A stretch of 64,000 bases of DNA, from positions 201,438,001 to 201,502,000 of the forward strand of contig NC_042998.1 in assembly GCF_006345805.1 (NCBI RefSeq), read 5' to 3'. The notes under the pieces are model-generated. The model was not told the DNA's origin. It ran no database searches and worked only from the letters and a program-made list of their open reading frames with translations. Made by a program: the position numbers and the translations under genes. This document shows positions 1 to 12,563 of the stretch, piece by piece. Source of the DNA: Octopus sinensis (lineage: Eukaryota). Numbering within the stretch: position 1 is the stretch's first letter; the number at the start of each line of letters is the position of its first letter.

Positions 1-702
1 AACTTTCCGGTCCAGAGAACAAGGTGTCATCATACCACTTTTTTCCTCCTTTGTACGGCCACACCTTGAATACTGCTGCCCACTGTGGTCTCCTCACACA
101 AGACAAAACATCTCCAGAATTGAGTCACCCCAGAGGGCTCTCACTAAACAAATTGAAGGCATGGCTGCTCTCGATTATTGGGATCGCCTTAAAGCCTTGA
201 AACTTTACTCCCTCCAGCGTCGCCGTGAGCGGTACATCATTTGTACGATGTGGAAAATATACCGCCAACTTTGCCCAAACGACCTAAACATTAGCTTCAA
301 GGTTCATCCAAGACTTGGACCACGGGCTATACGTCCCCTGCCAAATTCAAGATCACAACATACATGTACACTGCAACATAATTTCTTTTCCTCAACAGGC
401 CCTGCCCTATTCAACATTGTCCCGAGGGAGATCAAAGAGGAAAAGGATCCCATCAACTTCAAACAGAGTCTGGATAGATTCCTTCAAAGAATACCAGATA
501 AGCCACCCATAATTGGATACAACTCACCCAACAAGAACTCACTACTTGAACAAAACTGAATACAGCTCACCCAACAAGAACTCACTACTTGAACAAAACT
601 TGACTTAAACAGGATTCGAATAATCCTATCAGGTGGTGCTATTAAGTTAGACATGGCCTGGACCAATCTCTGGTCGAAACATATCTAAGTTTATCTAAGT
701 TT
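1..702 (+). mobile_element. 3' end of a CR1/L2-group non-LTR retrotransposon (RT C-terminal region, 3'UTR, short tandem tail)
   Basis: Upstream frame reads LEYCCPLWSPH; ORF 161-559 reads YWDRLKALKLYSLQRRRERY...GPALFNIVP...FKQSLDRFLQRIPDKP, typical post-RT motifs of CR1-like LINEs; ends in (ATCTAAGTTT)2 at 683-702. Confidence 0.8.
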
Positions 703-1393
703 ATGCGCAGGAGTGGCTGACTGGTAATTAGCTTGCTTACGCATGCTTGTTTGGTAGTTACTTGCTGAAGTGAACACTGTTGGGACGTGCTTTGGAGGCC
801 GTCCTGAATTAAAGAACTATTGAAGAGGCGCGACTGCAAGTAAGTTCTTGCCTAGCTCTGTGGTGATTTCGTCTGCCTTGGTGGCTTTAAACTGTAGCTC
901 GCTCTAGCGAGCAAAAATATTTTGTTCTCGTCGCCATAACGGTGCACTGAGAAGTTTTAAAAATCTTCTTTTCAGTAAATTTCTCTGGGGTGTTTTTTCG
1001 CCAAATAACTTGTACATTCTGGTGGGAGAAAAAGTGTTAACCTGTGGAGTTTACCTTACTAGAGTACTATCGAGAAGTACCCTGGCTATTGGATTTACCT
1101 GTTGGAGTGTTATACAGAGCCAAGGATTCCTTGCCTGTTCTATTTTTGTATGTTGTTTTCTTTTCATTTTTCTCTTCTTCCATTTTTCTTTATTTCTTTA
1201 TTTCGGTTCATTCTTTTTCTCATTATTTTAATTGCAGATTTTTTTCCTTCTATTTTATTTTGATTTTCCTCTATTTTTATTCGGTTTTAATTTTTGGGGG
1301 GACTGTTTTTGTGAACAGCATTTGAAGGAACTTAAAAAGAAGAATTCTGTCTTGGAGTGGGAAATTATCCCACCCAAGCAGTGGTGAAAAGAT

Positions 1394-2010
1394 ATGGAGG
1401 AGACGAAGGTGGTGGTTAGAACTAACTCTAACGTTCTTGATGCCATCACCGTCTTCCCAAAACCAACTATTGAAAAAGAACTGAAATACTATTTGTTCTC
1501 TGTGAAATACATATCCCGCGGTGTCAAGCATGCAGCCGTATGGTTGCTGTTTGACACAACGGAGGAGGCTCATAATTTCGCGAAAAAACAGCCCTTGGAG
1601 GGCAACGGAAGTTTGTTCCCCCCGTCGTACTGCAAGGGTATCGCCGCCGGTCGGCTGGGAAGGATCAAAAGCGATTTTGACCCTGTACACCCTATCGGCC
1701 GTAACAGATCTGATTTTTCCAGATTTTTTTAATGGCTAGCAGCAGGTATTCAGTGATACTTGAGGGACGTCACCCCAAGTGTCACTCGTGCCTGCAGCCT
1801 GGCCATATTAAAACGAAGTGCCCCTAGGATCATTTTAATCCTGGAACACTCACTGGAGGCCACCTCCACTAACCGGTCAAAGGGAGAGGTGTATGGGTTT
1901 GAGGAGATAGAAGATATGGCCTTCACACGGGAAGATAGCTGTGGAGGCCAGAAGGTTTTCCGTGTGGAAAAAGCTTAAAACATTTAAAGAAGAATGTCGC
2001 ATACAGCCAG
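1394..2010 (+). pseudogene. Possible decayed LINE ORF1/gag-like region with a frameshifted zinc knuckle
   Basis: ORFs 1394-1732 and 1760-1978 are non-repetitive; across frameshifts ~1935-2000 reads IAVEARR / FPCGK..KHLKK, resembling a VEGRxxxCFxCGxxGHLKKxC knuckle. The resemblance is weak. Confidence 0.35.
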
Positions 2011-2404
2011 GTTCTTCGTACATGAATGACACATGGAAATTGTGGGGCACAGGAACTCAAGAGGCGTTGAAGATAACGATGGATATATCGACGAGTAGGA
2101 GGTGAAAAAGCCTCGTTAGAGGGTTTCAAACCTTATCTTATTGCATTATTATGAGGTTTTTAACCTCAATTGTGTGTTTTTTTATTAAAAAAATACATGT
2201 TAATTAAGAGGTTTTAGTGCCTCCTTTTTGTAAGATGTTTGAAACCTCATATTTATTAAAATATATATATTTTTTCGAGAAAACTCCAATCGGCGGATGT
2301 TGAGTTTCGTCTCATTTATTCATTTTATTTCATTATCATTCATTAATGTGTTTGTCCAGCCCGCAGCTACTCTGTATACTGCCTTTATGGCAAATAAAAT
2401 GAAA

Positions 2405-2779
2405 TAAAGTAGATTTCTTACCAACCGGGTTCATTCCAACAGCGTGGCACCTTGGGCAAGTATCTTCTGCCATAGCCTCGGACCGATAAAACCTTGTGAG
2501 AGGATTTGGTAGACGCAAACTGAAAGAAGCTCCTCGCATATATGTATATATATGTACATGTGAGCGCATATGCTTGTGTGTCTGTGTTTGTCCACCCAAC
2601 ATTGCTTGAAAACCGATGGTGGTGTGTTTACGTCACCGTACTTAGCGGTTCTCCAAAAGAGACCGATAGAATAAGTACTAGGCTTACAAAGAATAAGTCC
2701 TGGAGTCGATTTCCTCGACTAAAAGCAATGCTCCAGCATGGTCGCAGTCCGATGACTGAAACAAGTAAAGAGAGTAAAA
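2405..2779 (+). mobile_element. SINE family A, 5'-degenerate copy
   Basis: Aligns by eye with 4356-4788 and 22782-23186 (gcgtggcaccttgggcaag...gactgaaacaagtaaa). Confidence 0.85.
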
Positions 2780-3063
2780 CAGAGTATATGTACCGGCAAA
2801 TTTCTGCCTACAGATACCAATATATGTATGTATTTCCCGCGTATACATTACATCTAACACCCGTCGCGACCATGTGTATAATATCTGAAATCATATGGGC
2901 TGAATATAGTACTGCAGCATAATATAATGACTTGCGAACTCATAATTATTTATACTTAAAAATTTAGGATATAATTATTAACGTTAGGCATTGATATTCC
3001 ATTTTTATAGTTATATACTTAAAAACACACAGCACATACATGTATGTATGTGTATATATATAT

Positions 3064-3340
3064 TACGGAGATGTACTCGCATACCAAGTGATTTGATCTG
3101 AGATCGTGTGCTGAAACGAAAACAATTGCAGCGTGGAAGGTGTTTGTAAGCCATTTAAGAAACACACAAAAGCCGTTCGATTCACTTCAACATTTAAGTT
3201 TAATTTGTCAAAATATTTCGTCGCTAAAATCCGCGACCTGTTCACTGACAAAAATCCGTGCTGCATTGACGTTTCAGAAGTTACCTCTTGCGATATTGGA
3301 ATCTCGCAAGAGAAATTTTTTGTTATCCATGTGAACAATT
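3064..3340 (-). mobile_element. PLE-type terminal repeat remnant next to a TA/TG microsatellite, carrying a hammerhead motif
   Basis: Contains the hammerhead fold at 3204-3252 and abuts (TA)n at ~3060. PLE assignment is inferred from the motif. Confidence 0.5.
3204..3252 (-). ncRNA. Type I hammerhead ribozyme motif, G3-C8 core variant
   Basis: Minus strand: tttgtca GTGAACA g gtcgc-ggatttta-gcgac GAAA tat TT tgacaaa; 7-bp helix I, 5-bp helix II, minimal helix III. Confidence 0.7.
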
Positions 3341-3680
3341 TTATAATTTTTTTATTATTCCAAATAATTATGTTTAACTCTACTACAGAAATAATTCACT
3401 TGGTAGAACATTATATGCAGTGGAGTATATAACCGGGAAGTTTCATATATATGCCTACGCACAATTGCTTGCATATATGAGTCAAGTGGAAAAATAATAT
3501 TCCCGTTCATATACCCACACATATCAGCCATATATGAAGAATAGATAAAAGCGTATGTGTATGCATATGCACGTCTAAGATTTATAAAACCCATTTCTAT
3601 AGCATTGAGTCTGCATACATAATAGTATATTTACACAGAAACACACACAACCACACATTCACACACGAGTCTGTGTATAT

Positions 3681-3685
<5 letters not shown>

Positions 3686-3720
<35 letters not shown>
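3686..3720. repeat. (TA)n microsatellite
   Basis: Direct reading. Confidence 0.95.
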
Positions 3721-3721
<1 letters not shown>

Positions 3722-4046
3722 TGTGTGTCTGTGTATCTGTGTGTGTCCGTGTGTTTGTGTGTGTGCGTGCGTGCCTGGGCACGTACGTACGTGCTAATGT
3801 GTGTGATGTTTAAATTTTTCAGATGTTGACCAGAAATATTCCAAATGTCAAATTTAGGTGCACTTCAAAATCAAAGGTCAATCTTTATAACTTTGATGGC
3901 ACACTGATGAAATGTATATGCAGGCGTTGAAATTCGCGTCAATTCCTTTGACCTTTGGAAGTGGATAGTGAGATGGGAAGTAGGTGTACGTATGAAAGAT
4001 AAAAGTGAACACATCAGACACATGTATCCAACGTCATTGGTGTGAA

Positions 4047-4049
<3 letters not shown>

Positions 4050-4108
<59 letters not shown>
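4050..4108. repeat. (TA)n microsatellite
   Basis: Direct reading. Confidence 0.95.
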
Positions 4109-4110
<2 letters not shown>

Positions 4111-4355
4111 AAATTAAATTTGCACAATCGCATTGCTTGAAAAATATTCATATATTCAAGTTTTGAAGTATGTCCCAATCGTGTGTTAGTGATATAGAGA
4201 AACGTATGCATGCAATGAGTATGTGGTGATTCTATGTTTCGATATTCGGGGTCTTATATGCATAGTATATATTAATCTTTGTTGCACATGCATAAACTGA
4301 AGTAATCACATGCATACATACACAAACACACACGCTTACACAAAAACATGCATAA

Positions 4356-4519
4356 GCGCAGGAGTGGCTGTGTGGTAAGTAGCTTGTCTACCAGCCACAT
4401 GGTTCCGGGTTCAGTCCCACTGCGTGGCACCTTGAGCAAGTTTCTTCTACTATAGCCTCGGGACGACCAAAGCCTTGTGAGTTGATTTGGTAGACGGAAA
4501 CTGAAAGAAGCCCGTCGTA

Positions 4520-4566
<47 letters not shown>

Positions 4567-4788
4567 GTGTGTGTGTTTGTGTATCTGTGTTTGTCCCCCT
4601 AGCATTGCTTGACAACCGATGCTGCTGTGTTTATGTCTCCGTCACTTAGCGGTTCGGCAAAAGAGACCGATAGAATAAGTACTGGGCTTACAAAAGAATA
4701 AGTCCCGGGGTCGAGTTGCTCGATTAAAGGTGGTGCTCCAGCATGGCCGCAGTCAAATGACTGAAACAAGTAAAAGAGTAAAAGAGTA
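4356..4788 (+). mobile_element. SINE family A, full length (tRNA-like head, internal (AT)n(GT)n tract, (TAAAAGAG)2 tail)
   Basis: Head gcgcaggagtggctgtgtggtaag...ggttccgggttcagtccc has A/B-box-like motifs; several homologues in the window. Confidence 0.9.
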
Positions 4789-5333
4789 TACCCACACACA
4801 TACACGTACGCATATATATATATAAGGTGCGGTGGGAATGCGTGTACAGATATTATTTCGTTTTGCACCTGTAATGTACTAATTAAGTATATTATAAGTT
4901 TACTAATCAAAATTGTGCTCCATTTTATGTTAGCTGTGGGTCATTCTTAAGTTTGATTTTAGCGCAAGAAATATTCTATGGCATTCACAGCGAGCAATAG
5001 GGCTGTGATGTTGATGAGAGACCAATGACATTTGTAATATGCATAAATACTCATCACCTAATTTTACTATCTTGATCGCATTAATTACCTAAAGGAATTC
5101 ATATACGAAACGTGGTAACTTTCATTGTTCTCTCGGAACTCTATAGTATTCCTATAGAGATGAAGTTAAAAGATAAGCTGATAGTTAAACAATGAAGTAG
5201 ACACATAGAAAAAGAGACATATATATAGATGGATAAGAAGATACGCAGATATATGTATATATATATATATATTTGTATATTTATACACATACATAAATAT
5301 ATATACATATACATATGTCTCTCTCTCTCTCTG

Positions 5334-5366
<33 letters not shown>

Positions 5367-5399
5367 GTGTGTGTGTATGTGTGTGTGTGTGTGTGTATA

Positions 5400-5750
5400 T
5401 TGAGAATTCACGAAAAAAAAAAACCAAATGACGAAGACAGGTGGTGTAGAATGTAGAAAGCAAACAGATGTATTAGTATAACGCTCGGGAATTGAAAAAT
5501 CCTTTAAGGTTCCGAGCCTACGCTCTTCCAGATAAAGGAGCACAGAAAGAAACAAGGAGAGAAAGAAGGATGGAAAAAATGTGTGTAATGGCTACCCATC
5601 TATCATGGCGAATGCCGGACAGAAGGGTCACACAGGAGACGGCAGAAGTAGGGAAGATAACAAAGTAGTAGTGATCTCAAAACGAAGATGCGCGTGTGTG
5701 TAAGAGATTTCGTATGTGCGTGTGAAAGAGTGCTGGTGATATACATAGAT
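5400..5750 (-). mobile_element. PLE 3'-terminal repeat remnant, same family as 40140-41035
   Basis: Collinear similarity to 40140-40500 (gatgtattagt.taacg.tcgggaa...gccggac/gag...gggtcacac); degenerate hammerhead-like fold at 5502-5537. Confidence 0.65.
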
Positions 5751-7978
5751 ATATAAGGTTTTAGGGGTTATTCTCAGGCCTTGGCTTTGTTGTATTAAAT
5801 AAATTTAACATTTTAATGTTGTACTCGCAAAAAATTAGGGAGTATATTATATTCCTATTTTCCACGGTTTTTAAATCGTTCTCAAAGATTTACTTGAAAA
5901 TGCAGAATCAAAACGAGCAGGAAACACCAGCAAATATGAAATGTTTCTCGCCTGTCTGGGTGAAAAAGAAAATATTTTGATGAAACTATTAGTGAGACAT
6001 TTCTTGTTAATTTATAATTACTGATTAGCCTGAATGTATTAGGTGAATCTATCAATGACTAAAATGTCGAAGCTACCACTTAGCTCTTCGCATTTTCCTC
6101 AAAGAAAAAAATACTGTTGTTGCAGCAGTGTAATTAAAGATATCCATTTATGACCTATTTTCGTAAGTGCTGATATTAGGTCAAGCTGAAACAGCCTCCA
6201 AGCAAGTGGTATTAAGAGAGTACTTGTGAACACATTGCATCTTTGAACCAACTCAATTAAATATATTTCAAGTGTGTGAAGGCGTTGAATACGATCTAAT
6301 ATTGTACGTTTGAAAATTACAACTTCACATCGGTTGGAAGACAGCGAGAAAGGTGCGTCTTATCTTACAGCCTGAAGTCAGATTTAATGTACAAAATCTG
6401 AATAAAAATGTTTATCAAAGTTAAAATGTGAAATCATTTATTAAAAGCAGATGTGTCTCCGGGCTTCCACTCTTTCTGAAGGCAAACTTTTTTGTCTCAC
6501 AGATGTGTCACCACCAACGCTGCATGTACACCACATCATACAAACACATATTCTCTTACTTTACTACAGAACACCCACGTCCTACAGTAACAGTAATTCT
6601 CCTTTTCCATTTCAAATGCACACCACATGTGAATAACTCCATATACCGAATGAAAATTCTGCTAAACTCCTAAATCAAACTAGAGAAAAATCATAGCTTG
6701 GAGATCACAAGAAATGAAGATTTAAAGGTTAGGACTGAGACGTTGAGTACCAAATTTTCTTCACCCAAGACAAGCCAAGTGTGGATGTCTGGATGCCGAA
6801 TGACAATGCAAGAAGAAAGTACGTTTAAGAAAAATGTACTTTCACTATGCATTATGTAAGAACAAGTAGAAGCACGTAAGAGTACATCTCGCGGAGGAAA
6901 AGGGCAATTTCCCGTGTGGTATCAATGTTCGCCGTACAGAGGGGATCAAATTGCCTGTCGTGCAGCTTTACATAATATGTGTCCTATATAATTATGTACT
7001 TGTTATCCACCTTACACATTGTCTATATTCTAAATTATAAGAAAATACAATTTTGAAAATTCACAAAATATTTCATTTTTTCTCATAAGAAACAAGGAAA
7101 TTCTTGATACATATGTAAATATACTATGTGTCCCCCCCCCACAAAATAGTGGCAGTACTTGAAATAAAGGTCATTTAATAAATTTTCTACAAATTCGCTG
7201 CTCATATCTCTCAATCCAAAATAGACTTTGAAATTGCTCCGATGATAATATGATACAATACTCACTCCATACAAAGTTCACCAGCAACTGAGCTAAATAT
7301 GATTGTATTTGTGAGAGTCTCTAAATATATGTTTATATTTTCATATTGCTTCTAGGAATTACGTCAACCCAATTAGGTACGTGTGCTACCAAATTTTACT
7401 CATGTATTGAATACTGGGAAGGTAAAGTATTTGTGCGCAATTTCATTGAGCTTGAATGAAAACATTTATGAAATAATGAACGGGATGTAAAGTTGATTAA
7501 TCGATGAATGTGAGATAGACACTGCTTGACATTATAGATTGTATGCAACAACCATAAACGTTTAAACTATGCTGCATCCGTAGATAATTCTACTAACTAC
7601 TGTATCGAGCTGACTATTAATTTTAAACGGAGATTTTCTGTACATGTAAGATCATTTAAGTATGAGGAGCATAGAAAATCTACCTTCTTAGTCAACCATA
7701 TAAACCATCTAATAAATAGAATGATACAATACTGAATATCCTCGGCCATAATAGATTACGGGCTCCAATACTAAAACCTGCGATCCAGTGGTAGACAATG
7801 CCTAAAGGAAGCCTACGCAATTTTAATACATAATTCACGGCAATCACTAAATAAACAAAACGGAGAATTTTCAACATCTTATCATAGGTTCTATCACACC
7901 TTCAAAGCTTCCATAAGTTCAAATGCAGACAAAATCAACACGCATAATACGGTCTTTAAAATATATATATGGATTTAA

Positions 7979-8207
7979 GGCGGCGAGCTGGCAGAAACGT
8001 TAGCACGCCGGGCGAATTACGTAGCCGTATTTCGCTTGCCGTTACGTTCTGAGTTTAAATTCCGCCGAGATCGACTTTGCCTTTCATCCTTTTGGTGTCG
8101 ATAAATTAAGCGCCAGTTACGCACTGGAGTCGATGTAATCGACTTAATCCGTTTGTCTATCCTTGTTTGTCCCTTCTATGTTTAGCCCCTTGTGGGTAAT
8201 AAAGAAA
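7979..8207 (+). mobile_element. SINE family B, full length
   Basis: ggcggcgagctggcagaaacgttagc head, gagtttaaattcc B-box-like motif, ttgcctttcatcc...gtcgataaattaag core; homologues at 8975, 15872, 55204. Confidence 0.9.
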
Positions 8208-8974
8208 CAAATATGTATATGTATGTATATGTGCATGTCTTATATGTAGGCTTATGTGTATCTTTGTGTATATATGTATATATATGTGTGTGGGTGTCTG
8301 TGTGTGTATACACCTTTTTCTTCCCCTACCTTTCTATCACCATATCTATCTTAGAAACCAATTAATTTCAACTCAATAATTTTTAATTTTCATAGTTTTA
8401 GATTTTATTTTTTTTAGTTTATAATTTACGTTTTAAATTTAAATTTTAATTTTTAATCATTTATCTCATATCATTTAATGGCTATTAAGCTTGAAATACT
8501 ATTTTGAATATCTGCACTAAACTATTGTCTTTATAACCTTACCTAGATTGGCCTTCCACCTAATTCTACTGAGACTTTAACGTTTGACCTCTAATCCTCA
8601 TCAAATACAGAATATCTATATCATTACCTTTAGTTTTATTTATTTACTTATATTGTATTTTTATTATTTTTACCTTGTTACCACTATCTTATTTTTATTT
8701 TTCTTCCCTTTCTCCACTCTCCCATACACACTAGCTCACAAAACCCATTTATGTTATATATGACATTACTTTTTTTCTTTTATTTTATTATGTTTAATAT
8801 ATTTTTATTTATATTTTACTTAGTTTATTATATTCTTATTTTTACCCTTTTAACAATATTTTTTTTGTAATCTTTTCGCCTATCAGTCTTTCTCAATTTC
8901 TCCTCTTTCCCTCTCATACACCTCCTCACAAACCCATTTAGGTCTCTCATATTTTCTCCCTCTATATACTCAGT

Positions 8975-9199
8975 TTTTTTTCTTTACTATCCACAAGGGG
9001 CTAAACACAGAGAGGACAAACATAGACAAACAAAGCGATTAAGTCGATTACATCGACCCCAGTGCGTAAATGGTACTTAATTTATCGACCCCGAAAGGCA
9101 AAGTCGACCTCGGCAGAATTTGAACTCAGAACGCAACGGCAGACGAAATACGGCTACGCATTTCGCCCGGCGTGCTAACGTTTCTGCCAGCTCACCGGC
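8975..9199 (-). mobile_element. SINE family B, full length, inverted relative to 7979-8207
   Basis: Reverse complement matches family B throughout. Confidence 0.9.
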
Positions 9200-9499
9200 T
9201 TTCGATCTATATACTCACTTACAATGTGAATACATCATTCAGAGTACTTCTAAAATACTGCCTGAATTTACCTGGGATTGTAACTAAAAACCTGTAACTC
9301 AATGGAAGTACTGACCAATATGCATATCCCCTGGATAAAGATGAATTTTGAACATTATACTCCTGCCTTTATTCTTCTAACTACTTTTCTTATTTATTCT
9401 GATATTTTACTCCTTTATACTTCTGTTTTATTACTTATAAACCGTGGATTCTCTTCTTTGTAAACTGTAAATTTTCCTCGTCTAAAATATTCATACGTT

Positions 9500-9573
9500 T
9501 CTCTGATGACGGAACACCCAGTGCAAGGACATGCTAACCTACTACTTGTGTTATCCCAGAAACTGCTGTAAGA
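9500..9573 (+). ncRNA. Degenerate type I hammerhead motif
   Basis: tct CTGATGA c-ggaacac...gtgttatcc-ca GAAA c tgct g TA aga; helix I is only 3 bp and the helix II closing pair is mismatched. Confidence 0.45.
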
Positions 9574-9849
9574 CTTCAAATTTACCTTATCCTAATTAAA
9601 CTATTCTAAATAATTTGCGACACATGTCCTGCTTTGGGTTTCATTTTTCCTCCAATATAATATATACCTCCTATAACGGAACAGTAACACAGATCCCTAG
9701 ATCCAGCTTTGACTGTGGTCGACCATCTATAGCACTTACCCAGCGTACCTATTTGTTTACATCGCAAGTGATATCAGCGAATAAGTATATATATATATAT
9801 ATGTGTGTGTGTATGCATACATAATATATATATATATTTCACCTTGTTT

Positions 9850-11225
9850 AAAGTGGCACTCTGTACTTTCCAACATGTGGCGGCATGTGCCACAGTTAGG
9901 CCGACCGCATTTTCTCACTTTGGTTCTTTTGTTAATGGATAATGTCTTGCTTTGGTTAATGTTTTTTCAATGATTTCGGTTGCATTTTCCTCTTGATAAT
10001 TTTGTGTGAGACTAACATTTTTTTCATTGTTGTATCTCCTGTGAGATTGGGTAGATTTCGGGTGATAATGTTGAAGGCTTCGTTGTTTCGAGGTTTACAT
10101 GTGGAAATTTATGGGAGTATTTTTAAGTCTGGTGTTGTGTTTCGGTTGACTTCCCTTAGTGTTCGTATGTCTCTTTTCTTTGTTCGTTTAATCCAATCAT
10201 TTGTTAATGATGTTGGGTAATTTCACTTGATTAGTATTGATCAGACTTCAAGGAGTCTTCGTTCCCGAGTATTGGTGTCCGAAACTATGGTACAGATTCT
10301 TTTCGCTAGGTTATAGGTTTATTAATTTTTATGCGTCTGGGGTGGCATGAGTTGAATAATATTATTGTTAAGAATCTGTGGGTTTATAGAAGATGTCTGT
10401 TTCGATGTGGTTATTGACTATTTTAATTAGGATGTCAAGAAAAATGAGTTGTTTATTGCTGTATCCCATGGTAAATTGTATGTTGCTATTGATATTTTGC
10501 AATCTTGGAGTTTGTCCTTGCTATTTTTCCAGCGTACGCATCAATTATCTAAATACCGCTTCTAGTTCTTTAAATAGCAATCAAATGAGGCGTCATATTT
10601 TTGTAGAGATGATTGGTATATTTTAAGTTCTAGGTAACCCATTAGAATGTTCGAGATAACTGGAGCGGCCCGGGTTCCCATCGCAATTCCACATTTTTGT
10701 CGATAGTAGAATGCATCGAACATGAAATAGTTGTTCACTGGGATTAATTCCAGTGCTGAGATTATGAATCTGTGGTAGATGAGTCCTAGGATCTCTTCTG
10801 GGTATTTTTCTAGCCAGAAGGTGATTGCTTTTATGCAATGATCATGCGGGATATTGATGTAAGGGTTCTCCACATCGAATGCTACTAACAGGGTTCCTTC
10901 ATTCATTGCCTTCGGGAGGTGGTTAAGCATGTCTAAGCCACCCCTGATGAAACATTTCACATATTTTAGAAACGTTTTGAGTAAGATGTCGAGTAAAATG
11001 CTCAAACAGTGAGTTTCACAGCAGGGTCCGCAATGATGGGTCCTTGTTTGAGATAAGTAGCGGGAGGAACATTAAAGCATATGCTTCGAGAATCTTTGCA
11101 AGCTTTACAAATATGTACATTTTTGTATATTTTAGGTAATCCGTAGAATGGACTAGTCCCGTATTTAAAATTGCATAAATAGTCAATTTTTGTTTCAGTG
11201 AGGCCCTTTCCATGTATTTGAAGTA
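9850..11225 (-). pseudogene. Penelope-like element reverse transcriptase, frameshifted and truncated
   Basis: Minus strand: TSPFYGLPKIYK...PIIADP...LSILLDILLK...AFDVENPYINIPH...QKCGIAMGTRAAPVISNILMGYLE...IQFTM...FLDILI...TDIFYKPTDS, ending in KCGRPNCGTCRH (Zn motif preceding GIY-YIG in PLEs). Confidence 0.9.
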
Positions 11226-11269
11226 AGATGGATAAGTTTTTAAGTGTCTTATATATATATATATATATA

Positions 11270-11310
<41 letters not shown>

Positions 11311-11315
<5 letters not shown>

Positions 11316-11645
11316 TAAATTAGAGATAAAACCACTATTAGGCAAATCAAACAATGAAAAACTTAAGCCAATACATAAAATTAATTAATTTATATTATTT
11401 TAAAAATATATCAAAAGTATTAAAAGTTTAATCAAAGATAATGATTACACTTTTAATACTTTTGATATATATTTAAAATAATATAAATGAATTAATGTTA
11501 TGTATTGGCTTAAGTTTTTCATTGTTTGATTTGCCTAATAGTGGTTTTATCTCTAATTTAATATAATATAATATTTTACTATAAAATTGGATTCAATCCT
11601 AAATCTGATTTTTCCCTGTAAGTTTGGATTTATTCCCTAATATTT

Positions 11646-11650
<5 letters not shown>
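11311..11650 (+). mobile_element. TA-embedded PLE-type terminal repeat (family E) with fold-back 5' inversion
   Basis: 11311-11427 is the reverse complement of 11449-11565; homologous to 19880-19965 and 51174-51390; flanked by (TA)n on both sides. Confidence 0.75.
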
Positions 11651-11697
<47 letters not shown>

Positions 11698-12563
11698 ATG
11701 CAGGATATGATGCATTTAATTGAATATTATGCGACCTAATATGGACAGCGCAATCATACACTTCGTCTATCGAACTGATGGACAGTTAACAAAGGTTACC
11801 TGTCCATCAGTTTGATTCACAGTTAACACAGAATACATTGACAGTTGCAAAGCGATTTACTACTAATGATATTCACCTCAATTCAAAGAAGGGAATGTAA
11901 GGTCGAACACACATTTTGTCTCTGTTACAGCATCGATGTCCTCTAACTGGTTTCAGAATATTTACATTTCAGGCTATGCAAAGATCGGCCTTTAATTTTT
12001 GTTCATATTCACTTTATATGTCGAACGAGATGTTGTATGTAAAACGTTGTCCATACATTTTATTTAGAGAGCATTTATCTTCTACGTCTTTATTGTCGAG
12101 ATCTGAACTAGATTAGAGTAGTTCAAATCAATATGAACTGAAACAACCCCACCTATAAGTGTCGGCTCTCAAATGCCATGAACTCTGTCAGTCATCTACA
12201 GACTAATTAATATTAGAAAAGAAAATGATATGACAAAGAATACCGCTGTGTGTAATTATATTTGAAATAACCTCAGTAAATAGAGAAGTGCAATCGGCTG
12301 TATCAGACAGAATGTGTCTATACCGAGTTATTGTTAACTACTATATCGGGATATAAAGAATTATGTGACAGGAATTCTCAAATTAGCTCATATTTTGTAC
12401 AGGGAGATATTAACATAGAACCCAATGTTGTACTCCAGCCACATTTACAAACGCGCACATAAGTACATTTATTGCACATGAATTCTTGTGTGTATATATG
12501 TGTATATTTGAGCGTGTGTGTGTGTATTTATGTATGTACGTATGTATGTGTATATGTGTCATA

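Noticed and set aside
2105-2250. Short inverted repeats with a tgaaaaagcctc motif resembling the U3-A8 hammerhead family
   Set aside because: Core and GAAA are too degenerate to support a ribozyme or element call.
3900-3945. CTGATGA...GAAA hammerhead-like spacing
   Set aside because: No helix I complementarity and no sensible helix III.
6400-7000. Possible piggyBac-like Cys-rich C-terminus
   Set aside because: Cys spacing does not hold in any frame; no TTAA-flanked TIRs found.
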